From an uncultured Lachnospiraceae bacterium (GTDB lineage Bacteria > Bacillota > Clostridia > Christensenellales > UBA1242): 64,000 bases of DNA. Each line of letters opens with the position of its first letter. Positions within the stretch are counted from its first letter, which is position 1. The position numbers and the translations under genes are program-made. Under the pieces are notes generated by a model, which saw nothing but the letters and a program-made list of their open reading frames with translations, was not told the origin of the DNA and ran no database searches. Location: NCBI GenBank assembly GCA_964432825.1, contig CAYSOX010000005.1, positions 1,460 through 65,459 of the forward strand, read 5' to 3'. Shown in pieces: positions 1 to 10,325 of this stretch.

Positions 1-278
1 ATAAATTTATCTAGTCGGCTAATTTTGATTATTAAATTCATTTAAGCGGTGCAGGTGGGTTGTTTAGATATTCCTACAATCCGGCATTTTCAACAATTTC
101 TTTAAAAACTTTAAGTAGACGTAGTTGTTTTTTGTGCTACCAGCCTTTAAATCTTCGCATTTTCAACAATTGGTGTAAAATATTTAACAATGTTTACTGC
201 AACTTAAACTAATGTTCATTTAATTTAATTACAAGTCTTTAAAATGGTTTTAAACCGAAAAACTTCATAAATTTACAA

Positions 279-305
279 AGTTTTTACGGAATTTCCGTAA
301 AAACT
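279..305. promoter_or_regulatory. 27-bp perfect palindrome AGTTTTTACGGAA-T-TTCCGTAAAAACT, candidate operator
   Basis: Arms 279-291 and 293-305 are exact reverse complements around T292. The palindrome ends 1 nt before a TTGCAT -35-like box. Confidence 0.5.
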
Positions 306-306
306 A

Positions 307-335
307 TTGCATTTTACAAACTTTTTTGGTAGTAT
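307..335 (+). promoter_or_regulatory. sigma-A-like promoter for the ATPase gene
   Basis: TTGCAT (307-312), 17-nt spacer, TGg-TAGTAT extended -10 (327-335), about 24 nt upstream of the AGGAG RBS and ATG 359. Confidence 0.45.
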
Positions 336-358
336 ATTGTTAACAAAGGAGATAAGTT

Positions 359-1552
359 ATGATAATAAGACCAGATTATTTAGAAAAAATTAAACCGTTT
401 ATAGATGTTAAACTTGTTAAAATTCTTGCTGGAATTAGAAGGTGTGGCAAATCCACAATTTTAGAAATGATAAGAGGGGAACTACTTTCTCGTGGAATTA
501 ACGAACAACATATAATCACAAGAAAATACACAAGCGAGGAGTATGATAAGTCTTTTACCAACAAACAAATGTATGAAGAACTTAAATCTTTAATGGTTGA
601 TAAAGGCAAATACTATTTTCTTTTGGACGAATTGCAAGAAATATCGGGCTGGGAAAAAGCCATAAATACTTTACTTGAAGACTACAACACAGATATTTAT
701 GTTACTGGTTCTAACTCAAAACTTATGAGCAGTGAAATTTCAACCTACCTAACGGGGAGATTTGTAACAATCCCCGTTTTTACCCTTTCATTTAAAGAAT
801 ATTTGGCGTTTAAAAATAACCCTCAAAAGTCCGACAAAGAACAGTTGCAAGATTATATTCGCTTAGGTGGGTTTCCGTTGGTCGCAAGTAGCAATTTTGA
901 CGAAAAAACGACTTATGGGGTGGTGGAAGACATATACAATTCGGTTGTAGTAAATGATATTACAAACAAACACTCAGTTTCAAATATAGATTTATTTAAT
1001 CGAGTTGTTAGATTTATTGTGGAAAATGTTGGAAAAACTTTCTCTGCCAATTCAATTGTAAATTTTTTAAAATCTGAAAAAAGAACCATTTCAGTAGAAG
1101 CAATTTATAATTACTTGGAATGGCTTGAAAAAGCGTTCGTAATTTACCGCTGTAAAAGATATGATTTGCAAGGTAAAAATGTATTAAAAACTCAAGAAAA
1201 ATTTTATCTAGCTGACCAGTCTATAAAATACGCTTTATATGGCTTTAACCCAACAAGTATCGCTTCAATGCTTGAAAATATTGTTTTCTTTGAGTTAAAA
1301 AGGCGAGGATATGATGTTTTTATTGGGAAAAATGCCGAAAAGAAAATAGATTTTGTTGCAACAAAAAGAGCTGATAAACTTTATGTGCAAGTTTGCCGAG
1401 AACTTCCAAAAGAGTCCGATAGAGAAATTGCAAACTTAATGGAAATAAAAGACCACCATCCTAAAATGGTGGTCACCCTTGATGACTATGCAGGTGGAAA
1501 TGTTAATGGGATAAAGATAGTTCACCTTGCCGATTTCTTACTTGAGAGTTAA
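359..1552 (+). CDS. AAA+ ATPase of the AAA_14/DUF4143 (COG1373) type
   Basis: AGGAG RBS. Walker A-like GIRRCGKST near the N-terminus. The C-terminal KKIDFVATKRADKLYVQVC resembles the nuclease-fold tail typical of this family. Confidence 0.8.
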   Translation: MIIRPDYLEKIKPFIDVKLVKILAGIRRCGKSTILEMIRGELLSRGINEQHIITRKYTSEEYDKSFTNKQMYEELKSLMVDKGKYYFLLDELQEISGWEKAINTLLEDYNTDIYVTGSNSKLMSSEISTYLTGRFVTIPVFTLSFKEYLAFKNNPQKSDKEQLQDYIRLGGFPLVASSNFDEKTTYGVVEDIYNSVVVNDITNKHSVSNIDLFNRVVRFIVENVGKTFSANSIVNFLKSEKRTISVEAIYNYLEWLEKAFVIYRCKRYDLQGKNVLKTQEKFYLADQSIKYALYGFNPTSIASMLENIVFFELKRRGYDVFIGKNAEKKIDFVATKRADKLYVQVCRELPKESDREIANLMEIKDHHPKMVVTLDDYAGGNVNGIKIVHLADFLLES

Positions 1553-1558
1553 ATTTTA

Positions 1559-2749
1559 TTAAATTTCGCGTTCTCCGGTTACGCCGTCTGGGAATCCGCA
1601 TCTTGATGGGCAATCATAGTCGGGGAATGTACACCTTGAGCCTTTGGTGTATTTTGATACAAATTCAGCAAGTTCGGGATTAGTTTTCTCAAGCGCAACC
1701 TTATATTCATTTAAAGTCGCGGTCGTTTGCTCTTGAATTTCCTTTTGGGCAAAGGTGCAACAACGCTCTTTCGCTTTTAAAATAAGGTTTTCAAGTGTTC
1801 CAGATTCGTTAATATTCACAAGTAGCCCTTGAGGAATGTTGAAACTTAAAGAAGAAATGTCTTTTGTCCATTCTTGTACTAAATCTGGATTAGAATTTAA
1901 AATAGGTGGGGTGTAAAATTCGTCGGTGTCTAAAAGAGTAATATCGTAATTTAATGTACGATGCCTTTGGGCTTGTGCAAGTTGTGCTAAAGAACCTTTA
2001 TAATAAGTTGAATAAATGGTTCCAAAATGCTTTTCTGGTTTTAAAATAGGATTTCTAAAAAGTGAAATGTTTCTATTTTTGCCATCATTTTGTAGGTCGT
2101 TATCAAGATAAGGGATGCTTTTTTCAATTGCATCGCAGAAATCTTTCATACAAGGTTTTAATATATCCAAAATTTTGTTTTGAGAAGAGGTGTATTCGCT
2201 AGACTTTCGCAAGAATTTGTACAAATAGTTTAGTTGGCGGTAAGAAATGGTGTATTCCATAGATGTTGGAGTGAAAACACTTGTTAAATACCTAGCATTT
2301 TCTTGAGCCAATTTTTTTATTTTAGTTTCGGTAAAAAAGTTAGGGCATTTTTCTTGATATTTTTCTTTAATTAAATTATAAAAAATATCCAACCATTTAT
2401 TATACAAAACTTGTTCGTCATCTTTTAGAACCATTTTTGTGTATCTTGCCGACTTTTCACTTGTGGTGTACATTTTTTCATTATTTAAAACCATTGCTAG
2501 GGCTTTTGGAATGTCTTCAAGGTACAAACTAATATATGCATGGTCGTACACACTGTGGTGCCCGCTACCTTTGGTTTGCGCTATTCTTCTTGCCGTTTTT
2601 TCGGTTGGTTCATTCAATAGGCTTGCAAAGTTATTTGGCATATAACAAATGCCCGCACTCTTTCCTCCAAAGGTGTCAAAATCTTCTTTTGCTGGAATTT
2701 CATTTGGGTTTTCAATAACTTTGGTTGTTGCAATTAGTTCAATTTTCAT
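1559..2749 (-). CDS. ThyX-like (FAD-dependent thymidylate synthase family) protein, internally duplicated, with a Cys-rich C-terminal tail
   Basis: Motifs GSGHHSVYDH (cf. ThyX GHxSxxEH), SEKSARY, QAQRHRTLNY (RHR motif) and RCCTFAQKEIQEQT. Tail is RCTFPDYDCPSRCGFPDG. The second ATG (2749) has better AGGAG spacing than the ORF-track start 2758. Confidence 0.6.
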   Translation of the reverse strand: MKIELIATTKVIENPNEIPAKEDFDTFGGKSAGICYMPNNFASLLNEPTEKTARRIAQTKGSGHHSVYDHAYISLYLEDIPKALAMVLNNEKMYTTSEKSARYTKMVLKDDEQVLYNKWLDIFYNLIKEKYQEKCPNFFTETKIKKLAQENARYLTSVFTPTSMEYTISYRQLNYLYKFLRKSSEYTSSQNKILDILKPCMKDFCDAIEKSIPYLDNDLQNDGKNRNISLFRNPILKPEKHFGTIYSTYYKGSLAQLAQAQRHRTLNYDITLLDTDEFYTPPILNSNPDLVQEWTKDISSLSFNIPQGLLVNINESGTLENLILKAKERCCTFAQKEIQEQTTATLNEYKVALEKTNPELAEFVSKYTKGSRCTFPDYDCPSRCGFPDGVTGEREI

Positions 2750-2974
2750 TTGTCTCATACTCCTTTTTTGTAATCTTTTTAGAGTTTAACATAAAAACTA
2801 AGGATATTCAAGCGAATAGTAAAGAAAATTTTTACACACATCAGATTTGAGTGTTTTAATTTTTTGATCATTCACAAGACATTAAAAATTAGGAGTATTT
2901 AATTAATTTTTTGAAATATAAGGAAGGTTGGTGTTTTTGGAAGATTTAGTATTTATGTTTTAAAAGAGGTGCTA

Positions 2975-3003
2975 TTGACAATTTTGATTTTGTGTGGTAT
3001 TAT
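2975..3003 (+). promoter_or_regulatory. consensus sigma-A promoter
   Basis: TTGACA (2975-2980), 17-nt spacer, TATTAT (2998-3003), upstream of ATG 3027. Confidence 0.6.
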
Positions 3004-3026
3004 ATTCATAAAATTATGAGGATTTT

Positions 3027-3722
3027 ATGAATAAAGAGTTGTTTAAATGTATAATTAAAAATAAGGCGGATTTATGGTTAAAAGAAAATCCGCTTTTGTT
3101 AAATAGCAAAGAAAAACAAAAGTTTTTAATGGGACTACAAAATTATTTAGATAGTAAAACTATTACCATTGATGATGAAGTTTTCGACTTTTTAGTACAA
3201 CAAAAACTAGTGCAAAATGAACCTCGAGAAAAAAGTTTTGAAAAATATTTAATAAAAAAATATGAAAGTGTAAATGGGTTAAATATATTAGATGTTGGTG
3301 CGGGTAGAACGTGTACCTTGTCAAAAATTTTAGCGACCGATGGTGCTAAAATGACGGCAATGGATGTAAATATCCGAATTTGTAACGATGATTTGAGAAG
3401 AATGCGAATTAAAGCATTAAAAAACTTTTTTAGATGTGATGAATACTCAAAAAATGGGAGAGGTACGGATGTTAAAAATTTCGATATAATTGTAGGGTTG
3501 GAGCCTTGCGATGCGACCGAACATATTATCCGTCAAGCGTTAAAATACGACAAACCTTTTGATGTGTGTTTATGTGTTGCTCCACATAAAGGTTTAAATG
3601 GCTTAATGTTCGGCTCGTTTGAAGAATGGTATAATTACCTAAAGTCAATTTCAAAAGAAGTTACTATTCTAGAACAGGGTAATAATTTTATTGCAACCAA
3701 TAGTGGAAGTTTAGAAAGGTAG
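3027..3722 (+). CDS. Rossmann-fold, SAM-methyltransferase-like hypothetical protein
   Basis: Motif-I-like ILDVGAGRT, then an acidic MTAMDVN and FDIIVGLEP. No family recognised beyond that. Confidence 0.45.
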   Translation: MNKELFKCIIKNKADLWLKENPLLLNSKEKQKFLMGLQNYLDSKTITIDDEVFDFLVQQKLVQNEPREKSFEKYLIKKYESVNGLNILDVGAGRTCTLSKILATDGAKMTAMDVNIRICNDDLRRMRIKALKNFFRCDEYSKNGRGTDVKNFDIIVGLEPCDATEHIIRQALKYDKPFDVCLCVAPHKGLNGLMFGSFEEWYNYLKSISKEVTILEQGNNFIATNSGSLER

Positions 3723-3748
3723 AAAATATAGAAGAGTTCGAAAGTAAA

Positions 3749-3780
3749 AAGGATACACAAGTCTTTGGTGTATCCTTTAT
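3749..3780 (+). terminator. intrinsic terminator
   Basis: 10-bp stem AAGGATACAC/GTGTATCCTT, 9-nt loop, short T run. Confidence 0.55.
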
Positions 3781-3943
3781 AATTGTCTAATCTCAAGTTT
3801 CTCATAAATGTGTAAATTAGTTTTTTTGCCCTAAAGTTACTTTACTATAAATTTTAAACAAAAATTTTAGTTTTTAAAATAAAAAAAGAGAAAAGCAAAA
3901 ATGTGTAAAATTGTAGTAAAAGACGGTGCTTGGTGGAGGCGAA

Positions 3944-4228
3944 CTACTTTTCTTCAATTACAAAATAGGTTTCGCCGTCTTTTATTTTTAAGTCATTTCG
4001 CAAACTGTCTTCAATAAAAAGGTCGTTTTTGCTGTTTGATATATCGGTTTCAAGGTCGGATTTTTGTGTGTACAAAGATTCAATTTGTGTGTCTATATCT
4101 TGAATTTCGTTTTCGACTTTTGTGAATTTAATTCGTTGAAAGGTGATAATTCCGACAAGTACCACCAAAAAAGCCGTAGCACATACAGTTATTAGTTTAA
4201 CAAGTTGATTCAGTTGGTTTTGTGTCAT
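3944..4228 (-). CDS. divIC: septum formation initiator (DivIC/FtsB family)
   Basis: One N-terminal TM helix followed by a coiled coil. Sits directly downstream of yabP-yabQ as in Bacillus. AGGAGA RBS. Confidence 0.8.
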   Translation of the reverse strand: MTQNQLNQLVKLITVCATAFLVVLVGIITFQRIKFTKVENEIQDIDTQIESLYTQKSDLETDISNSKNDLFIEDSLRNDLKIKDGETYFVIEEK

Positions 4229-4574
4229 TCTTGTTTTCTCCTTTCTTAAATTTTCGTTTTTGGTTAATTTTTAAATTAACTTTACTAATTATATTATAGA
4301 ATTTTTTGCCTAAAAAATCAAGCAAATTTCCAACAGAAATTACTTCAATTAAAATTCCAAACAAAAATGCACATATTGTATACATACGAACAATACCGCT
4401 AGTTTCAAAAATTACACAATAAACAAAAATAAGTCCAGCAAAGATACTGCTTATAATATCTGTCAGAATATAAACAAACCTTTTGTGATTTGAAATTTCT
4501 ACAAAGATATGTAAAATTGAGTAGCCTAGTCCTGCAATTATCCCATAAAAACTTATAACTAATAATTCTGTCAT
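4197..4574 (-). CDS. yabQ: spore cortex biosynthesis protein YabQ
   Basis: Small polytopic membrane protein in the conserved yabP-yabQ-divIC order. It overlaps divIC by 32 nt. Confidence 0.8.
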   Translation of the reverse strand: MTELLVISFYGIIAGLGYSILHIFVEISNHKRFVYILTDIISSIFAGLIFVYCVIFETSGIVRMYTICAFLFGILIEVISVGNLLDFLGKKFYNIISKVNLKINQKRKFKKGENKNDTKPTESTC

Positions 4575-4580
4575 TTAAAC

Positions 4581-4856
4581 CTACTTAAATATTTTTTGAA
4601 AAAAACTTTTTTTTGCTTTAGCGTATTCAATCTTAAAAATTTCTCCTTCGGCCTCTAAACTTTTTTCGTTGATTAATAAATTTTTAACCTTTAAATTGTT
4701 CCCTGTGATTGATACATTTCCGCAGTCGGTTTTTGCAAGAATTTCGGTTGGGGTGGCAGAAATAACCTCAATACAGCCGTTCATTTTAACTTCTTTGCGG
4801 TGGTTTAGCGTAAGAGTGTGTTCAACTTGTTTTGGTGCTTGGTCATTAATTTTCAT
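4581..4856 (-). CDS. yabP: sporulation protein YabP
   Basis: YabP-like sequence (HTLTLNHRKEVKMNGCIEVISATPTEI...SITGNNLKVKNL). GAGGAG RBS. Confidence 0.85.
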   Translation of the reverse strand: MKINDQAPKQVEHTLTLNHRKEVKMNGCIEVISATPTEILAKTDCGNVSITGNNLKVKNLLINEKSLEAEGEIFKIEYAKAKKSFFQKIFK

Positions 4857-5020
4857 ATAAATCTCCTCTAATAAATTTATGAATTCTGTTAAAATCGTTA
4901 TGAATTACGTTCAATTAAATCTATGAAGAAAGTTGGTAAATTATGTATTTTACAAAATACAGCAAAATTATCAAAAAAAGGGTTAGTAATTTTGATTTTA
5001 TTTAGTATATCATTTGCGGT

Positions 5021-7279
5021 ATGAAGTATTTGAAAAAGTTTTTAAAAAATTTAGCATTATGTTTATTATTTTTTGTGTTGGCAAATGCAAAAATTTTTGG
5101 CGAAATTAGTCCCTTTGTTTTTTCGTTTTATTATGCGGTGACGTTGGTTTTTAATACGGGTGTAGTATTTACCATTTTTATGGCGATAGGGGTTTTTGTG
5201 TCCAATTTAAACATTTGGGCAATTTTGGTTGCTTTATTGGTGATAAGCGTAAATTTATTATTAAAAATATTACGCAAGCATATAAAACCTAAATATTTAT
5301 TGACTATTTATTTTATTGGATTGATATTATCTGAATTGCCAACCATTTTTTTATATTCCAAGACAAATCTGGAATATTTGTTTTATTCGGTTAATTTAAT
5401 ATTAAGCATAGTGTCTTTCTATTTATTTTATCGTCTTTTGCAAGTTATTAAAGTTCGTGGGGTGAAAACTCGTTTTGTGCTGGATGAAAAAGTTGCGATG
5501 TTTACCTTGTTTTTGGCAATTTTTATGGGAATTGACAAAATTGATATTTTTAATTTTGGAATAGATAGAATTATTCTTTCGCATATGCTAATGATTTTAA
5601 CCAAACTCGAAAATCCGTTATTTGCACTGCTTTTAACTTTTGGGGCGGGGTGCGGTAAACTTATGCTAGAAAAAGAAGTTGGGCAATTATTGATGTTTTT
5701 ATTGTGGTGCATCGGACTTTTGGCAATTAAAAATTACAAAAACATAACTCGGGCAATATTTATAATTATTTTTGACTTATTAATTAGTGTCACGCTTGAG
5801 GTTTGTGGTGGGTACACATTATTTAATTTGATGTCTATTTTTATTGGTGTGGCGGTGTATTTAGTTTATCCCAAAAAAGCAAAAATAAATGTGGAAAATT
5901 TTTTCCAATATTCATTGGTGGATGATGTTGAACTGGATAATTTTTCAAGAGTGGAACTCGAAATTAGACTTTCTGGACTTTCAAAACTTTTTAATTCTAT
6001 AAATGGGGTATACAAAGAAATGGTGATACCAACGGACAAAATGGAGAGTAGTATAGGTGCTATGTCAGACGAAGTATCCCAAAATATATGCGCTAGATGT
6101 GTTAATTATAAGGTATGTTATGGTGCAAAAGGTGTAAAAAAAGACTTGAATGAATTGCTAAATATGGCAATCGCAAAAAATGGAATCAACAATATAAATT
6201 TAACCAAAGCATTCAACTCGTGTATTTCAAGGAGTGCTATAGTAAATCAAATTAATGCTGAAGTCCAAAAGTTTAAGACACTAAAAAAGACAATTTCGGA
6301 ACAAAATTTAACAAAAGTGACCATTGGTAATCAGTTTAAAAGCGTATCTAATGCCTTGGAAGTCTTTAAAAGCGGGATGCTGGAAGAGTCAAGGGTTGAA
6401 AGAATTAAAGAGGAAGATTTTATAAATTATTTGATGTTTGAAGGTATTGAATGCAAAGATTGTAGAATACTAAAAAATACCGAAAATCAATTAAAAAAAG
6501 TTTTATTAATGCTAAAACTTGGGGTGAACAAAGAAAGATTTTTAAAGGCGTCTTCTCGGTATTTTGGACAAAATTTAACCATAAACAATAATAAATTTGC
6601 AAATTTTAGCGGTTGGCAAGTGGTAGAATTGGTTGTTGCGCCTAAATATTCATTTTTATATGCGGTTGAAACAATTAGTAAAAGCGGAAATTCTAAAAAT
6701 GGCGATAGTCACACATGTTCAAAGGTGTATGGCGGAAATTATTTAATTTCAATAGCGGACGGCAAGGGGCATGGAGACGGAGCATATAGAATGAGCAAGA
6801 AAACACTGGAACTGATAGAGGGCTTTTTTCGTGCGGGGATAGATGATAATACGATTATCAAAAGCGTAAATCAAATTTTATCCTTTAACAATAGCGAAAA
6901 TTTCAGTGCACTGGACATTGTTGTTTTTAATCCTTTTAATGGGTTGGCAAATTTTATCAAACTCGGAACAACTCCTACTATCATAAAAAGAAACACCGAA
7001 ACAAAAGCCATAATTTCCAATGCTCTTCCAATAGGTGTGTGTGAATTTATAAACGCAACCGAGGAAAGGGAATGGCTTGTTTGTGGGGATATGGTGGTGT
7101 TAACATCGGATGGGGTTTTCGATGCTTTTCGTGATATAAATAGTTTTGCGGGATTTATTAATAATTTACAAGTTTCAAATGTTGATATTTTTGCAAAAAA
7201 TCTTATTAGTGAGGCGGTGCGACGGTCGGGAGGGAAAACTCTAGATGACTTAACCGTAATTGTTTTTAAAGTCTTTTGA
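5021..7279 (+). CDS. spoIIE: stage II sporulation protein E (SpoIIE, PP2C phosphatase)
   Basis: About 10 N-terminal TM helices, a central regulatory region and a C-terminal PP2C domain (ISIADGKGHGDGA ... VLTSDGV ... DDLTVIVFKV). Confidence 0.9.
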   Translation: MKYLKKFLKNLALCLLFFVLANAKIFGEISPFVFSFYYAVTLVFNTGVVFTIFMAIGVFVSNLNIWAILVALLVISVNLLLKILRKHIKPKYLLTIYFIGLILSELPTIFLYSKTNLEYLFYSVNLILSIVSFYLFYRLLQVIKVRGVKTRFVLDEKVAMFTLFLAIFMGIDKIDIFNFGIDRIILSHMLMILTKLENPLFALLLTFGAGCGKLMLEKEVGQLLMFLLWCIGLLAIKNYKNITRAIFIIIFDLLISVTLEVCGGYTLFNLMSIFIGVAVYLVYPKKAKINVENFFQYSLVDDVELDNFSRVELEIRLSGLSKLFNSINGVYKEMVIPTDKMESSIGAMSDEVSQNICARCVNYKVCYGAKGVKKDLNELLNMAIAKNGINNINLTKAFNSCISRSAIVNQINAEVQKFKTLKKTISEQNLTKVTIGNQFKSVSNALEVFKSGMLEESRVERIKEEDFINYLMFEGIECKDCRILKNTENQLKKVLLMLKLGVNKERFLKASSRYFGQNLTINNNKFANFSGWQVVELVVAPKYSFLYAVETISKSGNSKNGDSHTCSKVYGGNYLISIADGKGHGDGAYRMSKKTLELIEGFFRAGIDDNTIIKSVNQILSFNNSENFSALDIVVFNPFNGLANFIKLGTTPTIIKRNTETKAIISNALPIGVCEFINATEEREWLVCGDMVVLTSDGVFDAFRDINSFAGFINNLQVSNVDIFAKNLISEAVRRSGGKTLDDLTVIVFKVF

Positions 7280-7345
7280 TACATAATCAATATATTCGGT
7301 GGATTTCCTCTTGCAAATTAGCATAAAATGAATTAAAATAGAATT

Positions 7346-8683
7346 ATGGAAGATTTAATTTTAGAAACAATTCAAAAATATGGCTTAATAAAAAAGGGCG
7401 ACCGCATAGGTGTTGGGTTTAGCGGTGGCAGTGATTCGGTTGCACTATTAAATGTTTTAAATAACCTATCAAAAAAAATTGGCTTTAAGTTGTTTGCTGT
7501 TCATATAAATCACGGAATTAGAGGGGAAGAAGCCTTACGAGATGAAAAATTTGCTGAAAATTTCTGCAAAAAAATAGGTGTAGACTTAATTACAAAAAAT
7601 GTTTATGCGGTAGAATATTCAAAGTCAAATAAATTGACGCTTGAAGAGGGTGCTAGGATTTTAAGATATCAAGTTTTTGATGTTCTAATTAATGAATTAA
7701 AATTAAATAAGATTGCTTTAGCGCATCATAAAAATGACCAAGCCGAAAGTATTTTAATGCATATAGGAAGAGGTTCGGGGTTAAACGGCTTAGTCGGAAT
7801 GACTGAGTTCGGTGAAAAGTACATTAGGCCGTTGCTTGGTGTTTCTAAAAAACAAATTTTGGATTACTTAAAGCAACAAAACTTAACTTTTGTTACCGAT
7901 AGTTCCAATAATTCACTTGAATATTCTAGAAATTTTATGCGAAAAAAAGTAGTTGAAAGTTATGAAGAATTATACCCCAAATTGACCGATAACCTATACA
8001 AATTATCTAAAAAAGTGCAAGAAGAGAATGAATTTTTGGATAGTTTAGTAAAAAAGCGTTGGTTTAGAAAAGAAAATGAGCAAATCACCATTTTAGATGA
8101 GGTTGCATCTTTGCATCCGGTGTTAAAAATGCGTTCGGTAATCAATGCATTTAAACTAATAAATAAAAGTGTGGATATTGAAGAAAAACACCTAAGAGCG
8201 GTAGTAGATTTGTTTTCAAAGCAGGTGGGAAAGCGTATAAATTTACCTCAGCAGTTGATTGCTGTTAGAAAATATGACGGTGTATGTATATGCCCAGAAG
8301 ACAACGAAAAGAAAGTTGATTTTTATGCCGAGTTTAAATTAGGGCAAACAAAGTTTAATGATTACATTATAAATGTCGAAAAAGTTAATGTAAAAGATAT
8401 TAAGTTTGGTGACGGGTTGTATATTGATTATTTGAAATTGCCTAAAAATTTGATGTGGAGAACAATTCAAGAGGGTGATGTAATTCAAAAATTTGATGGC
8501 AAAAGCCGGAAATTAAAACAATTTTTAGTAGATAAAAAGGTGGATAGTCTAACACGAAAAAACCTTCCAATTTTGATGTATGGAAATAATTGCTTGGTGG
8601 TTTTAGGTGTGGAAATTTCAAAGTCGGTGGCAATCACGAATGAGCGTGATGAAGTATTAAAAATAAGTTATACAAAAAAATAA
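7346..8683 (+). CDS. tilS: tRNA(Ile)-lysidine synthase
   Basis: PP-loop GVGFSGGSDS, AHHKNDQAES, and a C-terminal TilS substrate domain. Confidence 0.9.
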   Translation: MEDLILETIQKYGLIKKGDRIGVGFSGGSDSVALLNVLNNLSKKIGFKLFAVHINHGIRGEEALRDEKFAENFCKKIGVDLITKNVYAVEYSKSNKLTLEEGARILRYQVFDVLINELKLNKIALAHHKNDQAESILMHIGRGSGLNGLVGMTEFGEKYIRPLLGVSKKQILDYLKQQNLTFVTDSSNNSLEYSRNFMRKKVVESYEELYPKLTDNLYKLSKKVQEENEFLDSLVKKRWFRKENEQITILDEVASLHPVLKMRSVINAFKLINKSVDIEEKHLRAVVDLFSKQVGKRINLPQQLIAVRKYDGVCICPEDNEKKVDFYAEFKLGQTKFNDYIINVEKVNVKDIKFGDGLYIDYLKLPKNLMWRTIQEGDVIQKFDGKSRKLKQFLVDKKVDSLTRKNLPILMYGNNCLVVLGVEISKSVAITNERDEVLKISYTKK

Positions 8684-9024
8684 TGCAATAGCCACACTGA
8701 AATTTACATATAAAGTATAAATAAAGTTCAATTTTAATAATAAACAGGTTGGTTCTGTATCAAGCACATATTTGGAAAGCCACATAAAAAAGCATATGTT
8801 TAATTTTTCATTATTTATATATCTGGCTTGTGTTGGGGAAGATTGAGGCTATTTATTCGCAAATGCGTGATAAAGCCATAGACACTATTCTCACATCAAA
8901 CGGCTGAGTCTTTTGATACTTCTATAACTAATAGCAAATATAAAACCCTTCAGTAGATGGGAAAAGTGTTTTACCAATTATTAATTGTTGGCATAAAAAG
9001 TAGTTAATTGTCAAAAATATTGAT

Positions 9025-10137
9025 ATGAAGAAGTTTCTTTTATCAATATTTTTATTTTTGTTGTTATTTTTTGTGACAATGAATTTTCCAACTAAAAAAA
9101 GTGAAGCCTCGCAATATAATAGGTTAAAGGAAGACGGGGTAATTATAGAATGCCCCGAACAGTTAAACTATAATATAAATTATCGAAACATAGATTATGC
9201 AATTGATAATAAGTTAATTAAAAGACTAAAAAATATGGGTTTTAATAATAAAGTTATATGTGAATATCTGTTTGAGGATTTTAATCAAAATGTCGACCAG
9301 TTGAAAGAAAAAATAAATGTATTGCCCACAGATTCAAAATTTATTACAAAAAATGGGGTTTTAGGTGTAACTCGGGATATTGATGGACAAAGTTTGGTGG
9401 AGGATGGGTTGTTTGCCGAATTGGTAAAAATGGTGGAAAATTCTAAAAATAGTGTCGTTTTAACTATTGAAAAAGAATATGCGAAAAAAACATATGAGGA
9501 TAATTTAAAACTTACCAATTTGCGTTCGGCATTTGAAACACCAATAACGGGGGTCAACCAAGAGGGGCGAATAAACAATATAGCCGTAGCCTTAAAAAAG
9601 TTTGATGGGTTGGTTGTTTTGAATGGTGAAAAAGTTTCATTTAATGAAATTGTTGGTGAAACAACCGAAGAAAATGGTTTTAGCCTTGCTAAAGTTATTG
9701 TAAACGGAAAATATGCCGATGATTTTGGTGGAGGAGTGTGTCAAGCCTCTACAACACTTTACAATGCCTTGCTTTTGGCCGATGTGGATATCATTCAAGC
9801 AAACCCGCATAGTTTAAAGGTTGGTTATGTGTGGGGCGGTTTTGATGCTATGGTTTCAAACGGGATAAGCGATATGGTGTTTCAAAACAATACTGGGGAA
9901 GATATTGTAATTACTACCTTTTGTAATGATTTAGAGTGTGGGGTTAGAATTTATGGTAAAGAACCCGAATATACTATAAAAAGAATTAGCGAAAAAGTAG
10001 ATTTCGATTCGGATTTGCAACCCGATATTTCAACTAAATATATTTCCAAGTTGGAATATTACAAGGGTGAAGATTTGATAAAAACAAAAACTTTGCGAAG
10101 AAGCAATTATAAAAAGTTGGTTACACATTCAGAATGA
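9025..10137 (+). CDS. VanW family protein, secreted or membrane-anchored
   Basis: N-terminal signal/TM segment. VanW core GGGVCQASTTLYNALLLADVDI. Confidence 0.85.
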   Translation: MKKFLLSIFLFLLLFFVTMNFPTKKSEASQYNRLKEDGVIIECPEQLNYNINYRNIDYAIDNKLIKRLKNMGFNNKVICEYLFEDFNQNVDQLKEKINVLPTDSKFITKNGVLGVTRDIDGQSLVEDGLFAELVKMVENSKNSVVLTIEKEYAKKTYEDNLKLTNLRSAFETPITGVNQEGRINNIAVALKKFDGLVVLNGEKVSFNEIVGETTEENGFSLAKVIVNGKYADDFGGGVCQASTTLYNALLLADVDIIQANPHSLKVGYVWGGFDAMVSNGISDMVFQNNTGEDIVITTFCNDLECGVRIYGKEPEYTIKRISEKVDFDSDLQPDISTKYISKLEYYKGEDLIKTKTLRRSNYKKLVTHSE

Positions 10138-10325
10138 TAGTGACTAAACTTGTGTGACGCGAAGTTTTTAGAGATTTTAAAACTAAAATAAGTAAAGAAT
10201 TATAATAAACAAACTATGCAAAGTAAAAATTTTAAAATTTAAAAACTAAAATTAAAATTTATAAAAATTTCTTTGATGTATAAAAATTTTTTAATTGGAA
10301 AATATTATGCAAAGGAGAATTTAAT

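Noticed and set aside
8684-9024. 340-bp tilS-vanW spacer examined for a riboswitch or hpt remnant
   Set aside because: I recognised no conserved riboswitch core, terminator/antiterminator pair or ORF remnant.
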